DNA of 64,000 bases from a virus (lineage: Duplodnaviria; Caudoviricetes). Shown here one piece after another: positions 18,186-28,457 of this stretch. A program made the translations under genes and the position numbers. Location of the stretch: positions 1 through 64,000 of IMG/VR virus record IMGVR_UViG_3300021387_000272. One strand, 5' to 3'. The first letter of the stretch is position 1. Each line of letters begins with the position of its first letter. Under the pieces are notes generated by a model. It was given only the letters and a program-made list of their open reading frames with translations. It was not told the DNA's origin and searched no databases.

Positions 18186-21100
18186 ATGAATGTAAAGGAA
18201 CCTCACGTAGTAACAGGTATGTCAAGGGACTCTGCTGTAAGTAAGCAGAATCCTAACTTAGTATATGATGCTCATAATATTCGTATTACAACGAAGGATG
18301 GTAAGAATTCTGTCTTAGCAGTAACAAATGAAAAAGGCACCAAAAGACTGTATATTACAAGTGGCACTATATCAGGAACTCCAATAGGAAGTGCTATTAT
18401 TGATGACTATATAATTCTCTTTACACATTCTGATACAGACACTACTAAAGACCATATATATAGGTGCGAGATATCAGGAGATAATGTAACGGTGAACACT
18501 GTCTTCTCAGGCAATGCAGGGTTTGCTTTAGACCATCCAATAGAAACCTTGCCTGCTTATGAAAATGCAGAAATTCAGAAGGTGTACTGGGTAGATGGCT
18601 TAAACCAGCCTAGGGTAGTTAATATAATGAAAACGGGCATCACAAACACTAATGTTATTAACTTCAGCAAAGAGGTAGACTTGGGGCACACTTTTAGTGT
18701 TCAGAAGTTCTCTACTGGAGGTGAGTTTCCTGTAGGAACTGTGCAGTATACGTTTTCTTATTATACCAAGTTTGGACAAGAATCTAGGCTTATTGATGTG
18801 AGTCCTATGTACTACTTATCTCCACAAGAGACAGGTTTGGATGCCACAGAAATAGCACACTGTTCTTTTAAGATAACTATAAACAGTCCTGATGCAACCA
18901 ATTTTGAATATGTTAGGATATATGCTATAGTAAGAACTTCTGCCAATTCTATTCCTCAAGGCAGAATAGTGGGAGATTATCCAATTGCTAGTAAAGTAGT
19001 AGTAACTGATGATGGTATTAAGGGAAGGACATATCCTGCTGCTTCTATGTATTTTATCGGAGGTGAAGAACTGATTGCTGGCACTCTGGCAGAAAAAGAT
19101 AATACGTTATTTCTTGGTAATATAGCTCTGACTAAACCAAATGTAGGAGATATCATACTTGACGGAGAAGGTGCTAATGCACATTCAATCAGATATTACG
19201 TAAACGGTTACGCTGCTGGGACAATTGACCAACCCACCTTTGGTAGTAAGGTGGGCAATATCGTTGCTAGTAATTTAGGCTATAGTCCTAACGACAACAG
19301 AGTACCTACCAGTGCTACAAAGTACTATGATTACAATCCAAACAACAATAGGTCATCTTATTATATCAAGCGGTTTAAGTATCTTGAGACATACAGATTT
19401 GGTTTTATCGCTCAGTACAAAAATGGCCAATGGTCTGAGCCTGTTTGGGTAGGTGATTTTACTAATAATACTGTGCCACGTGTAGATGCAGGATATTACA
19501 GAACAGGGTGCTTCCATTTAAATATGCCTCAGAATATTATCACTAAACTTCAGGCAGCTGGCTTTAAGCGCCTTGCCCCAGTAGTGGTATATCCTCAGGC
19601 CCACGAACGTAGATGCGTTATGCAAGGTCTGCTTTGCCCTACTGTTTATGCAGTAAAGGACAGGAATGACAATTCTCCTTATGCACAATCTTCATGGTTT
19701 TTCAGGCTTTATCATAATGTTGCGGCAAATCAAGGTAGCTTATATTACCATCATGCTCCTTTAGGAGGATGTGGTGCTCCACAAGGAGAAATACAATGTG
19801 TTGAAATTTCTGCTGATGGAGGTTACTATATGGATGGTAATATAGTTACTTTTCATTCTCCTGATATTGAATGTGCCGATTTAAATCAAAGTACAGACTT
19901 TGAAGGACTGAACTTAAGTGTAGTTGGTTTTGCTTCAGCTTCTATAACCAATCCCCTTGACTTAGGAGATATTGCTAGAGTTACAGACCATTTCCTTGAA
20001 ACTGAGAATGTAGGTATCAATACCAATATATCCCAGATAATTACAATGAAAAGAACTGGATATACTGGATATAGTATAGATGACTTTTGTTATCCTCTAT
20101 ATTTTGATGGTGTTGTTGCCAATGAAAATACTGATGAGGTATTACTTAAAGATAATATATGGCATGGAGAAGACACAACACTGCTTAATCCAGCTTGTGG
20201 TTGGATTGTCTATCCTTGGCATAGGCAAGGTTCCTTAAATAATCAACAGGCTCTTACAACTAAGCAACGCAGTAATGGTTTCAATACTAGAACTGCTATG
20301 CTTAAACGCAATATTACGGCAAATGCTTGGTTTACTAACAGTACATATTTCTCTAGTCCATTATCATTAAAGTCTGGAGTTACAATGTCTATTCCAAAGC
20401 TGTTCAATTATGACCAACTGGCAAGTGTAAAAGTAGCTGTAGGTAATGAATCCGTTATCTATTATGGTAATATTGATAAGGTAATAACTAATGTTACTGG
20501 TAAATATCCAATTTACTATGGGTGGATGATTACCGCAGATGATGAAACGCAATCAACTAGTATTAGTGATTTGTCTGAGAGTTGCATGAATACCCAGCGG
20601 TGGGAGAGATGCTACTATAATAATAGTGAGTGCTATACTGGTACAGACCCTGTATCTATGAAATACAAGTCTTCTCCACATGCAGTACTTAAGTTCAATG
20701 GCAATACTATACATATACCAATGTACTCATCTGATAATTATAATCTGGCATTCAACAATTCAGGTGCTACTGGCTCAGGTCTTTGGATAGCAGAATTTAT
20801 CAGAACTGTTGACTCTAATACTAGATTTGGAGGTAAGTCTGAACAGGCATTTGTCAGCAATGATTGGATTAGATGTGGAGAATCAAGAGAGCTTGCTACG
20901 TGGTATTATAATACCAGTTATCTAGAGTACCAGCAAGGAGATTGCTATATTCAAAGGTATGACTGTCTTAAGACCTATCCATTTACCCACGAGGATATGA
21001 ATAGTGTTATTGAGACTCTATCTGCTACTCTTGAGACTTATGTCAACTTGGATTTCAGATATGACCATAATAGAGGTAGTGGTAAAAACGTAGCTCTGTC

Positions 21101-22757
21101 TCCTGTTAATTTTAATCTATATAATCATCCTGCCTACGAACAAGTGAATAACTTCTTCACCTATCATGGCTTAGATTATGAAAGATTTTCTTCTCAAGCA
21201 TTTCCCAACTGCATTACCTGGACTACTGAAAAACATGCAGGAGAGGATGTAGACTCGTGGACTTCAATAGATATTGGAAGTTCTTTGTGGGAACTTGATG
21301 GAGCTAAGGGAGAAGTAACTGCTTTAAGAAGGTTTAGAAATGATATCTATTCATTCCAAAAAGAAGGATTTGCCCAGCTGCTCTTCAATTCAAGGGTGCA
21401 GATTCCTACATCTGACAATAATCCAATTGAGATTACCAATGGCATGAAGATGCAGGGAGTGAGGTACATCTCAGAAAAGATAGGCTGTATAAACAAATGG
21501 TCTATAGTAGAAACTCCTGTAGGATTGTACTTTAATGATGACCTCCTTAAGACTACCTATATATTCACTGGACAGCTTCAGGATTTATCAGCTGCCAAAG
21601 GAATGAAGTCTTGGATGAATGAGAGGTGTAATACAAATGTATGGAATCCAAGTAATTTTGCAAACTGCAGAGCGTACTATGATAAAGCTGGGCATGATAT
21701 TTATTGGGTATATGATGATACTGCCCTTGTTTATTCAGAAGTACTTGGACAATACATGTCCTTTATGGACTATGGAAATGTTCCTCTCTTGGAGTCTCTG
21801 AATAACAGTACATACGCTATTACAAACAGTGTTACGAGGAGAACTTCTGCAGAAGTAATGGTTAACATCAGAACATCCTCTCCTGGAGGTTCTTCAAAAG
21901 CTCCTATTCATTTTGAGTTTACTCTAAGTGGTAGTTATAGCTCCTCTAAGGTGGTACATCTACAGGTGGTGTGGCTAGATAGAACTCATTATGATGAACA
22001 TCCTTCTACTTATGCTACGTATTCTAGTTCAGATAATGAAGACACTGTAGTGCTTTATATATACGTAAGACCTAATGTAAGAGTGGACCCAACACAGGCA
22101 TATACAACTGCACAAATTCTAAGTGCTGTCTCCTCTGCACTTAGTAGTGCTGGAGTAACTTTCCTGACTGCCTCTTTCTGGTCAGGTGACCATGTTCCTG
22201 TAACAACAGGCATAATGGCAGAGGACTATGCCCGTGATTATGAGCCTCTAAATGCCTATCTGACTAATGGCACAAACTCTCCTTTCTGGGAGCTGGGTAA
22301 AGGAGAATACAATATGTTCTTCGGCTTATTCAGACCTTATTGGATAACTCTTATCAGCAATTCATATCCTACTGAAAATAAGATATTCAATAACCTAGCT
22401 TGGAGAGACATGGATGTTACGGTAGCAACTACCCCTTATGGAACTTCAGAAATTCCAAGACCCTTCAACACCTTTGACCATATTAGAGTGTGGACAGAGC
22501 ATCAGGATACTGGAGAAGTGAGATTTAGTAACTCTTTGTCTGAAAATACTTCAAGGCAACCTATATCCTACAATGCAGCTGTAAGTAACCTCAGAAAGAA
22601 GTTTAATGTATGGCACTGTCAGATACCCAGAGCTTATGCTAGCAACACCTCTAGGGCACGTATAAGCAATCCTTGGGCATACATCAAGCTATCAAGGCAA
22701 GACTCCCAGACTGAGAGACATGAAATTGAAGACATAGAAGTGGACTACTTCATGTAA
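18186..22757 (+). CDS. Muzzle / tail stabilization protein (gp44-like), 1523 aa
   Basis: GMSRDSAVSK...YDAHNIRIT...YWVDGLNQPR...ETYRFG...GDCYIQRYDCLKTYP...RIRNPW-like end (ARISNPWAYIKL). Confidence 0.85.
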   Translation: MNVKEPHVVTGMSRDSAVSKQNPNLVYDAHNIRITTKDGKNSVLAVTNEKGTKRLYITSGTISGTPIGSAIIDDYIILFTHSDTDTTKDHIYRCEISGDNVTVNTVFSGNAGFALDHPIETLPAYENAEIQKVYWVDGLNQPRVVNIMKTGITNTNVINFSKEVDLGHTFSVQKFSTGGEFPVGTVQYTFSYYTKFGQESRLIDVSPMYYLSPQETGLDATEIAHCSFKITINSPDATNFEYVRIYAIVRTSANSIPQGRIVGDYPIASKVVVTDDGIKGRTYPAASMYFIGGEELIAGTLAEKDNTLFLGNIALTKPNVGDIILDGEGANAHSIRYYVNGYAAGTIDQPTFGSKVGNIVASNLGYSPNDNRVPTSATKYYDYNPNNNRSSYYIKRFKYLETYRFGFIAQYKNGQWSEPVWVGDFTNNTVPRVDAGYYRTGCFHLNMPQNIITKLQAAGFKRLAPVVVYPQAHERRCVMQGLLCPTVYAVKDRNDNSPYAQSSWFFRLYHNVAANQGSLYYHHAPLGGCGAPQGEIQCVEISADGGYYMDGNIVTFHSPDIECADLNQSTDFEGLNLSVVGFASASITNPLDLGDIARVTDHFLETENVGINTNISQIITMKRTGYTGYSIDDFCYPLYFDGVVANENTDEVLLKDNIWHGEDTTLLNPACGWIVYPWHRQGSLNNQQALTTKQRSNGFNTRTAMLKRNITANAWFTNSTYFSSPLSLKSGVTMSIPKLFNYDQLASVKVAVGNESVIYYGNIDKVITNVTGKYPIYYGWMITADDETQSTSISDLSESCMNTQRWERCYYNNSECYTGTDPVSMKYKSSPHAVLKFNGNTIHIPMYSSDNYNLAFNNSGATGSGLWIAEFIRTVDSNTRFGGKSEQAFVSNDWIRCGESRELATWYYNTSYLEYQQGDCYIQRYDCLKTYPFTHEDMNSVIETLSATLETYVNLDFRYDHNRGSGKNVALSPVNFNLYNHPAYEQVNNFFTYHGLDYERFSSQAFPNCITWTTEKHAGEDVDSWTSIDIGSSLWELDGAKGEVTALRRFRNDIYSFQKEGFAQLLFNSRVQIPTSDNNPIEITNGMKMQGVRYISEKIGCINKWSIVETPVGLYFNDDLLKTTYIFTGQLQDLSAAKGMKSWMNERCNTNVWNPSNFANCRAYYDKAGHDIYWVYDDTALVYSEVLGQYMSFMDYGNVPLLESLNNSTYAITNSVTRRTSAEVMVNIRTSSPGGSSKAPIHFEFTLSGSYSSSKVVHLQVVWLDRTHYDEHPSTYATYSSSDNEDTVVLYIYVRPNVRVDPTQAYTTAQILSAVSSALSSAGVTFLTASFWSGDHVPVTTGIMAEDYARDYEPLNAYLTNGTNSPFWELGKGEYNMFFGLFRPYWITLISNSYPTENKIFNNLAWRDMDVTVATTPYGTSEIPRPFNTFDHIRVWTEHQDTGEVRFSNSLSENTSRQPISYNAAVSNLRKKFNVWHCQIPRAYASNTSRARISNPWAYIKLSRQDSQTERHEIEDIEVDYFM

Positions 22758-22766
22758 TACTAACTT

Positions 22767-22811
22767 AGTAATAGACCTGTGAGAGAAATACTTATAGGTC
22801 TATTACTTTTT
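22767..22811 (+). terminator. Intrinsic terminator
   Basis: 17-bp stem AGTAATAGACCTGTGAG / CTTATAGGTCTATTACT followed by TTTT. Confidence 0.85.
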
Positions 22812-22826
22812 ATGTTATAATTCTTT

Positions 22827-22856
22827 TATTTATCGAAGATAAATACTATCTTTGCA
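22827..22856 (+). promoter_or_regulatory. Promoter -7 element preceded by an 8-bp hairpin (cargo operon)
   Basis: TATTTATC-GAA-GATAAATA, then C, then TATCTTTGCA (22847-22856). Confidence 0.75.
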
Positions 22857-22880
22857 GCAATAAACGTTTATTATAAGACA

Positions 22881-25800
22881 ATGGTTACTAATATAAGTAC
22901 AACCAATACTGTAAATACCAATATAGGTGCCCATGAAAACATGGCACATGCAGGTCAGACAGGTGGTGGCAACTGGCTACAACAAGCTGGAAGTTGGCTA
23001 GGGTCTGACTCTATGAGTCAAGGCATGGGAGGCATGGGGGGAATGTCTAATGGCCAAATGATTCTTGCAGCTGACCAGACAGGTGGCCAGATATTTGGAA
23101 TGCTTGCAGGACAAAATGAGACTACAGCAGGAAACATAATAAAGAGCATACCTGGGTTATCTACAGTAGGCAATTTGGTCAATGCAGCCTTTGGTTCACA
23201 CATCAATGAGGGATTTGTAAAACAGACAGAGTTTGGAATTAATTCAGCAGGGTCTCAAGCTTTTAATAGCAATACCAATGCAGATGTGCTAAATGACTGG
23301 CGAAATTTAACACAATTATCTCATGTAGAAAAGTCTGAAGTAGGTTCTGATGGTTGGTTTTCCAAGAAAGCAAAGCGTAAGACTAATGCTCTTAATGAAG
23401 CTATAGATGAGGCAAATGCATTACAAATGACTAACTTTGGTCACGCTGTCACTAATGCAGACCAAAACACAGACCTTAGGATTGCACAAGGAATGATTGC
23501 TGCCTATGGAGGCCCCATTAATTCCTTTAGAAAGTACTACAATGATGGAGGTAACTTATTTAACACTCCACAATTCTTCACCTTTGAGCCTCAAATACAT
23601 GATGACGGAGGTTACTTATCAAAGGCTAAAGCTCTTATAAGACAAAATGAGGGCTGGAGAGCCAAGCCTTATAAAGATGCTCCAAAGGGTAAAGCTTGGA
23701 GAAGTGTTGGCTATGGCTTTAATGATAGTGGCTTTAGGGAGAAGTATCCAGAAGGAATCTCCAAGCACTATGAGCATGGTATTACTAAAGAACAAGCAGA
23801 ACAAGAGCTTGAGTACTACTTAAGAAAGTCTGAAAAAACTCTTAAGAACATCTATGGTAAACAATGGAATAGCTTCACAGATAACCAGAAAGCTGCCATT
23901 CTGGATACTTACTATCAGAGTCCTGCCTCTGTTGGTAAGAAATCAAGATTCTATAAAGCTGTAACTGCAGGAGAAGATGCTGGAAAGTATTTAGGAGTTG
24001 CAGGATATTCTAAAAGAAATAATGTAAGACAAGGAGTATTTGGTGGAGGAGCTGTTCCTAAATCCTCAGGAGCCTCTTATTCATCAGGCTATTCAAATGT
24101 AGACATGGCCTCCAGTAGTGGAACTGGTCAAATAGACACAGAAGAGCTTTCTTATCCTTCTCCTATATTGGAGGGAAGAAGTCCTGTTGTAGATTTTGAC
24201 CTCTCAGGAATTGAGCCTACTAAAGTAATAGACCCCAAGATTAATTTAAGTCGCCCAGCAATGGACTTGAATTTCATGTCTTCTCCTATTGCCCAAGCTC
24301 CACAAGTACAAGCTCCTACAGTAGGAACTGTGGAAGATTTCCTTGCTAGTTATGGAGACGTAGATACTCCAACAATAGATGCTTCTGAGAATAATTTATT
24401 CGGTGATGGAGGCAGCACTAGTGGCTGGCTAGACTTCTTCAAATCTTGGAATCAGTCTCAGGGAGGCAATAACTATTTCAACATGGATAATAGTTGGAAA
24501 CCTTCTGATGGACTGCAAAGAAATACTAGTAATGGTTCTGTCCAAGATTGGATAGGTGTAGCTCAAACTGTAGGAAATACCATTGCTAATTGGGGAGAGG
24601 AAGACCCCTCACTTGGTAGAGGAGGTGGCTATAGTATGTTTGGTATGGCTGCCTATGATTTACTTAAAGGTATTAGGGATGCCACTAAGAGTAAGAGAGA
24701 GTCTATTGACCAAAAGTTAGGAATTCCTATTTATGCTTGTGGTGGTAGGCTATATCCTGATGGAGGTGCTCTAGGTGGCATGGGAGCTGGAGGAGGTGAG
24801 TCTGTTGGAGCTATGGGTTATGCTCAAGCAGGAACAGCTGCTCTTAAGCTTGCAAGTAATGCTGTTCATCAGGCAAAACTTACAGTTGATGAAGATAAAA
24901 TAGATAGAAGCATTAATAGATATGGATTTGGCTTTGATGACTATGCAAAGAATGTAAATACCAATGGTGACTTACTTGACCTTTGGCAAAACAATGCTAC
25001 AGTAAATCCAAATCTTACTGCAAGAGACTTTAGGGATAAGTCTGAATTTGATGATTTCCTTAATAGTTATGCAGCTTCTTGGGAAGGCTTCAATGCAGGT
25101 CAGAATTGGGGGCCCTGGGGTGCGGCTATTGGAGCTGTTGTTGGAGGAATTTCTTCTCGTATAGGTTCTCAGATAGGTAAGAATAAGGCTAAGCATGCTG
25201 CAGAAGAAGCTAATGAAGAAATAGAAAGAGCAAATGAAAGAAGACAGGCAACTCTTGAGTATTTAGCAGAAAGAGTAGACCATGAAAATGATTTAAGAAT
25301 ATTACAAAATATGGATAAAAGGAACATTAACAGTGGAGCCTCTGGCGGTGATTTAAACATGGGATTTGGTCTCAGGAATCCTTTCATCATGCCAGATGGA
25401 GTAGCCAATCCTCTCTATAGGTCATTTGGAGGAGGTCTAACTCACGGAGTAAACTGGGACACAGGAGTTAACTGGGTTGATGAAGGAGGCTCTCATGGAG
25501 AAAATCCTTTAGGTGGTGTACCAATGGGAGTAGATGACCAAGGTATACCTAACTTAGTTGAGGAAGGAGAAGCCATTTGGAATGGTGACTATGTATTCTC
25601 TAAAAGAATGAAAGTTCCAAAGAAGTTAGCTAAGAAGTATGGTCTTGGAGGTGATATAACTTTTGCAGATGCAATTAAAAAGCTGACTAAGGACTCTGAG
25701 GAAAGACCTCTTAGTATGATTGATAGAGATACTAATGACCATATTCTTGGAGAGTTTGCAGATGTTCAGGAAGAACGTAGAATGGCCAAAGCACAACGTG

Positions 25801-28454
25801 CTATGGAAAGAGAGCAGCAACTCCAAGAAGACTTTATAGCTGGCTTCCAATATGGTCTTGGTGGACACCTTAGTCCTTTTGGAATTGTTCCTGATAGTGA
25901 CAATCTTTCTCCATTTGAAAAAGCAGAACAACAATTTGCAGATGGTGGAAACATCAATGATGCTGACTTGGTAGATTGGATTATTAGAGAAGAAGGATTT
26001 AATAAGAAACCTAAAGATATTGGGGATGGCAAAATTACTTTAGGTTCTGGACTCACTGATAAGAAGTGGCATGACCTTTATAGGAAAAGAGGTAACAAGT
26101 GGTCAGAAGCTGATAACAGAATGGCTGTAGCTGAAGAGGTAGCAAATAGAAGAAGGTGGGCTGAGAAGACTATTCCTAATTGGGAAGCTCTTCCAGACAG
26201 TTCTCAGAAGGCTTTACTTTCCTACAAGTATAACTATGATTTTACTCCAACTAATTCTCCAAGGCTCTTTAAGGCTTTAGCTGACAGTAATTTCAGGGAA
26301 GCTGCCAGACAAATGGATGCCACCAGTAAGGACCCCAAATTTAAGGAAGGCTTGATGAAGAGGAGACAGAGAGAACAAGAATGGTTCTTGTCAGACCTTG
26401 CTAATCAAAATATTCCTGAGCCTACTCCAGCTCCAGCACCTGTTATAAATACTTCTTTGCCTAACAATGTAGCTCCTGCAGTAAGCACTGCTGTTGCAAA
26501 TAATTATGTTCCTTCTTCTGTACATCCTTATACAAGAAGAGAGAATGCAAGGAGAGCTTTTGAATCAGCAGTTGCTTTTAATAGGATGATGAATACTACA
26601 AGTATTCCAAATAATCCTTTGCCTGGGTATCAATTTCCCATAGAATATGCTGATGGTGGAGACATTCACATAGACCCATCTAAGAGAGGCACATTCAAAG
26701 CCCAAGCATCTAAGATGGGTATGGGAGTACAGGAAGCTGCCAGTCACATCTTAGCTAATAAGGAGAACTACTCTCCAGCTATGGTAAAGAAAGCTGTATT
26801 TGCTCATAACTTTGCCAAGGCTTATGGAGGAGATTTATTCACTAATCCTTTTGCCTACGGAGGTGAGATGGGTAATATCTTTGAAGGTGAAGGAGACAGA
26901 CCTAACAGTTTTACTTGGGGAACTGACTTTTCAAGTGCTCCTTGGGTAAGAAATATGCAGAGATTAACTTCTAATCCTAGGTCTTACCTTACATTTGAGG
27001 AGCTGCAAGCTATCCAAAAAGCAAGAGAAGCTGCCCAAAAGTATCAAGAAGCGGTTAAACAGCAGAAGGCTCAGGAAGTTGCCTCCAATAAGGGGCAAGG
27101 CAATGGAAAGAAAGCTAAGGCTACTTCTACTCCGAGAAATACAGATGCGGCTAATGCAGCAGCCTTATCCGCAGCAATAGGTCCTACAGGACTAAATCTC
27201 TATGATTGGTACAGAAATGGCTCCGATGGCATTTCAGAACCTACAGGATTTACTGTTGGTGAGAATGGACTCATTGATAGAAAGACTGGATATACTCAGG
27301 GGTATAGAGACTTAGTGGGAAAGCGCACAGCTGATGATATAAGAAAGTGGGCTGAAGCTAGAGGTTGGAAACCTGGTATGACTGACTTCAGTACTATTAC
27401 AGACCCAAGTCTTAGGTCATTCTTAGAGAGAGGAAACAAGCTCGAAGACCTTAAAACAGAACAGTGGAGAACAGGTGCCCTTGATGGTAAATATGGATTC
27501 ATGCATCATGTAGCTGACAGCATGCTAAAGGAAAAAGCACCTGCAAAGAAGGCCGCTTCAGTTGCCCCTGCAGGAGTCTCTGAAGTAGAGTTGCCACAAC
27601 AGGAGTTATTACTAGTAGACCCAAAGATTGCAGAAGACCCTGCAAGAATAGCTAAGGGAACAAGGACTACTACTATTGACGAGAATGGTACTAAGGTAAC
27701 TAGAATTACTGACCCAGATGCTAAAGTAAGTGACACTACTGGTAATGGCAAGTTCAAGCCGAGGGATACCTGGATGAGGCAGGTTCCTATCTGGATGAGT
27801 GGACTTGCTGCTCTTAGAGGGGAGTTGACTCCTCCTGACTATACTAATGCAGATGCTATTCTGAGTGCAGCCTATGCAGCTGGAAGACCTGTAAGTGTAG
27901 GCACTGAGTATGTAGGAGATTATAGGGTACGTGACCCATTTGATGAGAGGTATTTGATGAATATTATCAATCAGAATGCTGCAGCCACTAGAGAGAACCT
28001 GATGAATTTCAGCGGTGGAAATAGAGCTGTTGCAATGTCTGGAATGAGCAACAATGACCTCACAAGACAAATGGCATTGGCTGAAGCTGCTAGACAGGCT
28101 TACTTGGCTAACAGGGCTGATGACGTTCAAGTATCTGACTTTAACTACCGCACTAATAAAGGTAATGCTGATGCTCAGAATACTAGGAACTTGGCTCTTG
28201 CCCAGCTTAATAGTGGTAGACAGAATGCAATGCTTAGTGGAGTAGCTCAAGGTGCAAGACTAAGACAAGCTATTAAGGACCAGCGTGATGCAGCTATTTC
28301 TGCTAACTGGACTGCCTTTGCTCAGAACATGGGTGACTGGGGTAAAGAAAACGGTTACTACAATATGCTTGGTGGCCTGAATGAGGAAGGAGTTCTTAAG
28401 TACTTCTTTGGAGATGATTGGAAGACAAAGTTTAATAACAATTCAACTGTTTAA
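22881..28454 (+). CDS. Cargo/ejection protein 1 (gp45-like) with two GH24 lysozyme domains, 1857 aa
   Basis: Gly-rich hydrophobic segments (GPWGAAIGAVVGG), conserved VDEGGSHGENPLGGVPMG...LVEEGE, many [FY]xxGG motifs, two E-G...D...(T/S)xGxG lysozyme signatures. Confidence 0.8.
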   Translation: MVTNISTTNTVNTNIGAHENMAHAGQTGGGNWLQQAGSWLGSDSMSQGMGGMGGMSNGQMILAADQTGGQIFGMLAGQNETTAGNIIKSIPGLSTVGNLVNAAFGSHINEGFVKQTEFGINSAGSQAFNSNTNADVLNDWRNLTQLSHVEKSEVGSDGWFSKKAKRKTNALNEAIDEANALQMTNFGHAVTNADQNTDLRIAQGMIAAYGGPINSFRKYYNDGGNLFNTPQFFTFEPQIHDDGGYLSKAKALIRQNEGWRAKPYKDAPKGKAWRSVGYGFNDSGFREKYPEGISKHYEHGITKEQAEQELEYYLRKSEKTLKNIYGKQWNSFTDNQKAAILDTYYQSPASVGKKSRFYKAVTAGEDAGKYLGVAGYSKRNNVRQGVFGGGAVPKSSGASYSSGYSNVDMASSSGTGQIDTEELSYPSPILEGRSPVVDFDLSGIEPTKVIDPKINLSRPAMDLNFMSSPIAQAPQVQAPTVGTVEDFLASYGDVDTPTIDASENNLFGDGGSTSGWLDFFKSWNQSQGGNNYFNMDNSWKPSDGLQRNTSNGSVQDWIGVAQTVGNTIANWGEEDPSLGRGGGYSMFGMAAYDLLKGIRDATKSKRESIDQKLGIPIYACGGRLYPDGGALGGMGAGGGESVGAMGYAQAGTAALKLASNAVHQAKLTVDEDKIDRSINRYGFGFDDYAKNVNTNGDLLDLWQNNATVNPNLTARDFRDKSEFDDFLNSYAASWEGFNAGQNWGPWGAAIGAVVGGISSRIGSQIGKNKAKHAAEEANEEIERANERRQATLEYLAERVDHENDLRILQNMDKRNINSGASGGDLNMGFGLRNPFIMPDGVANPLYRSFGGGLTHGVNWDTGVNWVDEGGSHGENPLGGVPMGVDDQGIPNLVEEGEAIWNGDYVFSKRMKVPKKLAKKYGLGGDITFADAIKKLTKDSEERPLSMIDRDTNDHILGEFADVQEERRMAKAQRAMEREQQLQEDFIAGFQYGLGGHLSPFGIVPDSDNLSPFEKAEQQFADGGNINDADLVDWIIREEGFNKKPKDIGDGKITLGSGLTDKKWHDLYRKRGNKWSEADNRMAVAEEVANRRRWAEKTIPNWEALPDSSQKALLSYKYNYDFTPTNSPRLFKALADSNFREAARQMDATSKDPKFKEGLMKRRQREQEWFLSDLANQNIPEPTPAPAPVINTSLPNNVAPAVSTAVANNYVPSSVHPYTRRENARRAFESAVAFNRMMNTTSIPNNPLPGYQFPIEYADGGDIHIDPSKRGTFKAQASKMGMGVQEAASHILANKENYSPAMVKKAVFAHNFAKAYGGDLFTNPFAYGGEMGNIFEGEGDRPNSFTWGTDFSSAPWVRNMQRLTSNPRSYLTFEELQAIQKAREAAQKYQEAVKQQKAQEVASNKGQGNGKKAKATSTPRNTDAANAAALSAAIGPTGLNLYDWYRNGSDGISEPTGFTVGENGLIDRKTGYTQGYRDLVGKRTADDIRKWAEARGWKPGMTDFSTITDPSLRSFLERGNKLEDLKTEQWRTGALDGKYGFMHHVADSMLKEKAPAKKAASVAPAGVSEVELPQQELLLVDPKIAEDPARIAKGTRTTTIDENGTKVTRITDPDAKVSDTTGNGKFKPRDTWMRQVPIWMSGLAALRGELTPPDYTNADAILSAAYAAGRPVSVGTEYVGDYRVRDPFDERYLMNIINQNAAATRENLMNFSGGNRAVAMSGMSNNDLTRQMALAEAARQAYLANRADDVQVSDFNYRTNKGNADAQNTRNLALAQLNSGRQNAMLSGVAQGARLRQAIKDQRDAAISANWTAFAQNMGDWGKENGYYNMLGGLNEEGVLKYFFGDDWKTKFNNNSTV
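23610..24045 (+). other. GH24 (T4-type) lysozyme domain 1 within cargo protein 1
   Basis: LIRQNEGWRAKPYKDAPKGKAWRSVGYG...ITKEQAEQEL...NQKAAILDTYYQ...RNNVR. Confidence 0.8.
25950..26390 (+). other. GH24 (T4-type) lysozyme domain 2 within cargo protein 1
   Basis: WIIREEGFNKKPKDIGDGKITLGSG...QKALLSYKYN...LFKALADSNFREAARQM...GLMKRRQREQEWF. Confidence 0.8.
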
Positions 28455-28457
28455 AAT

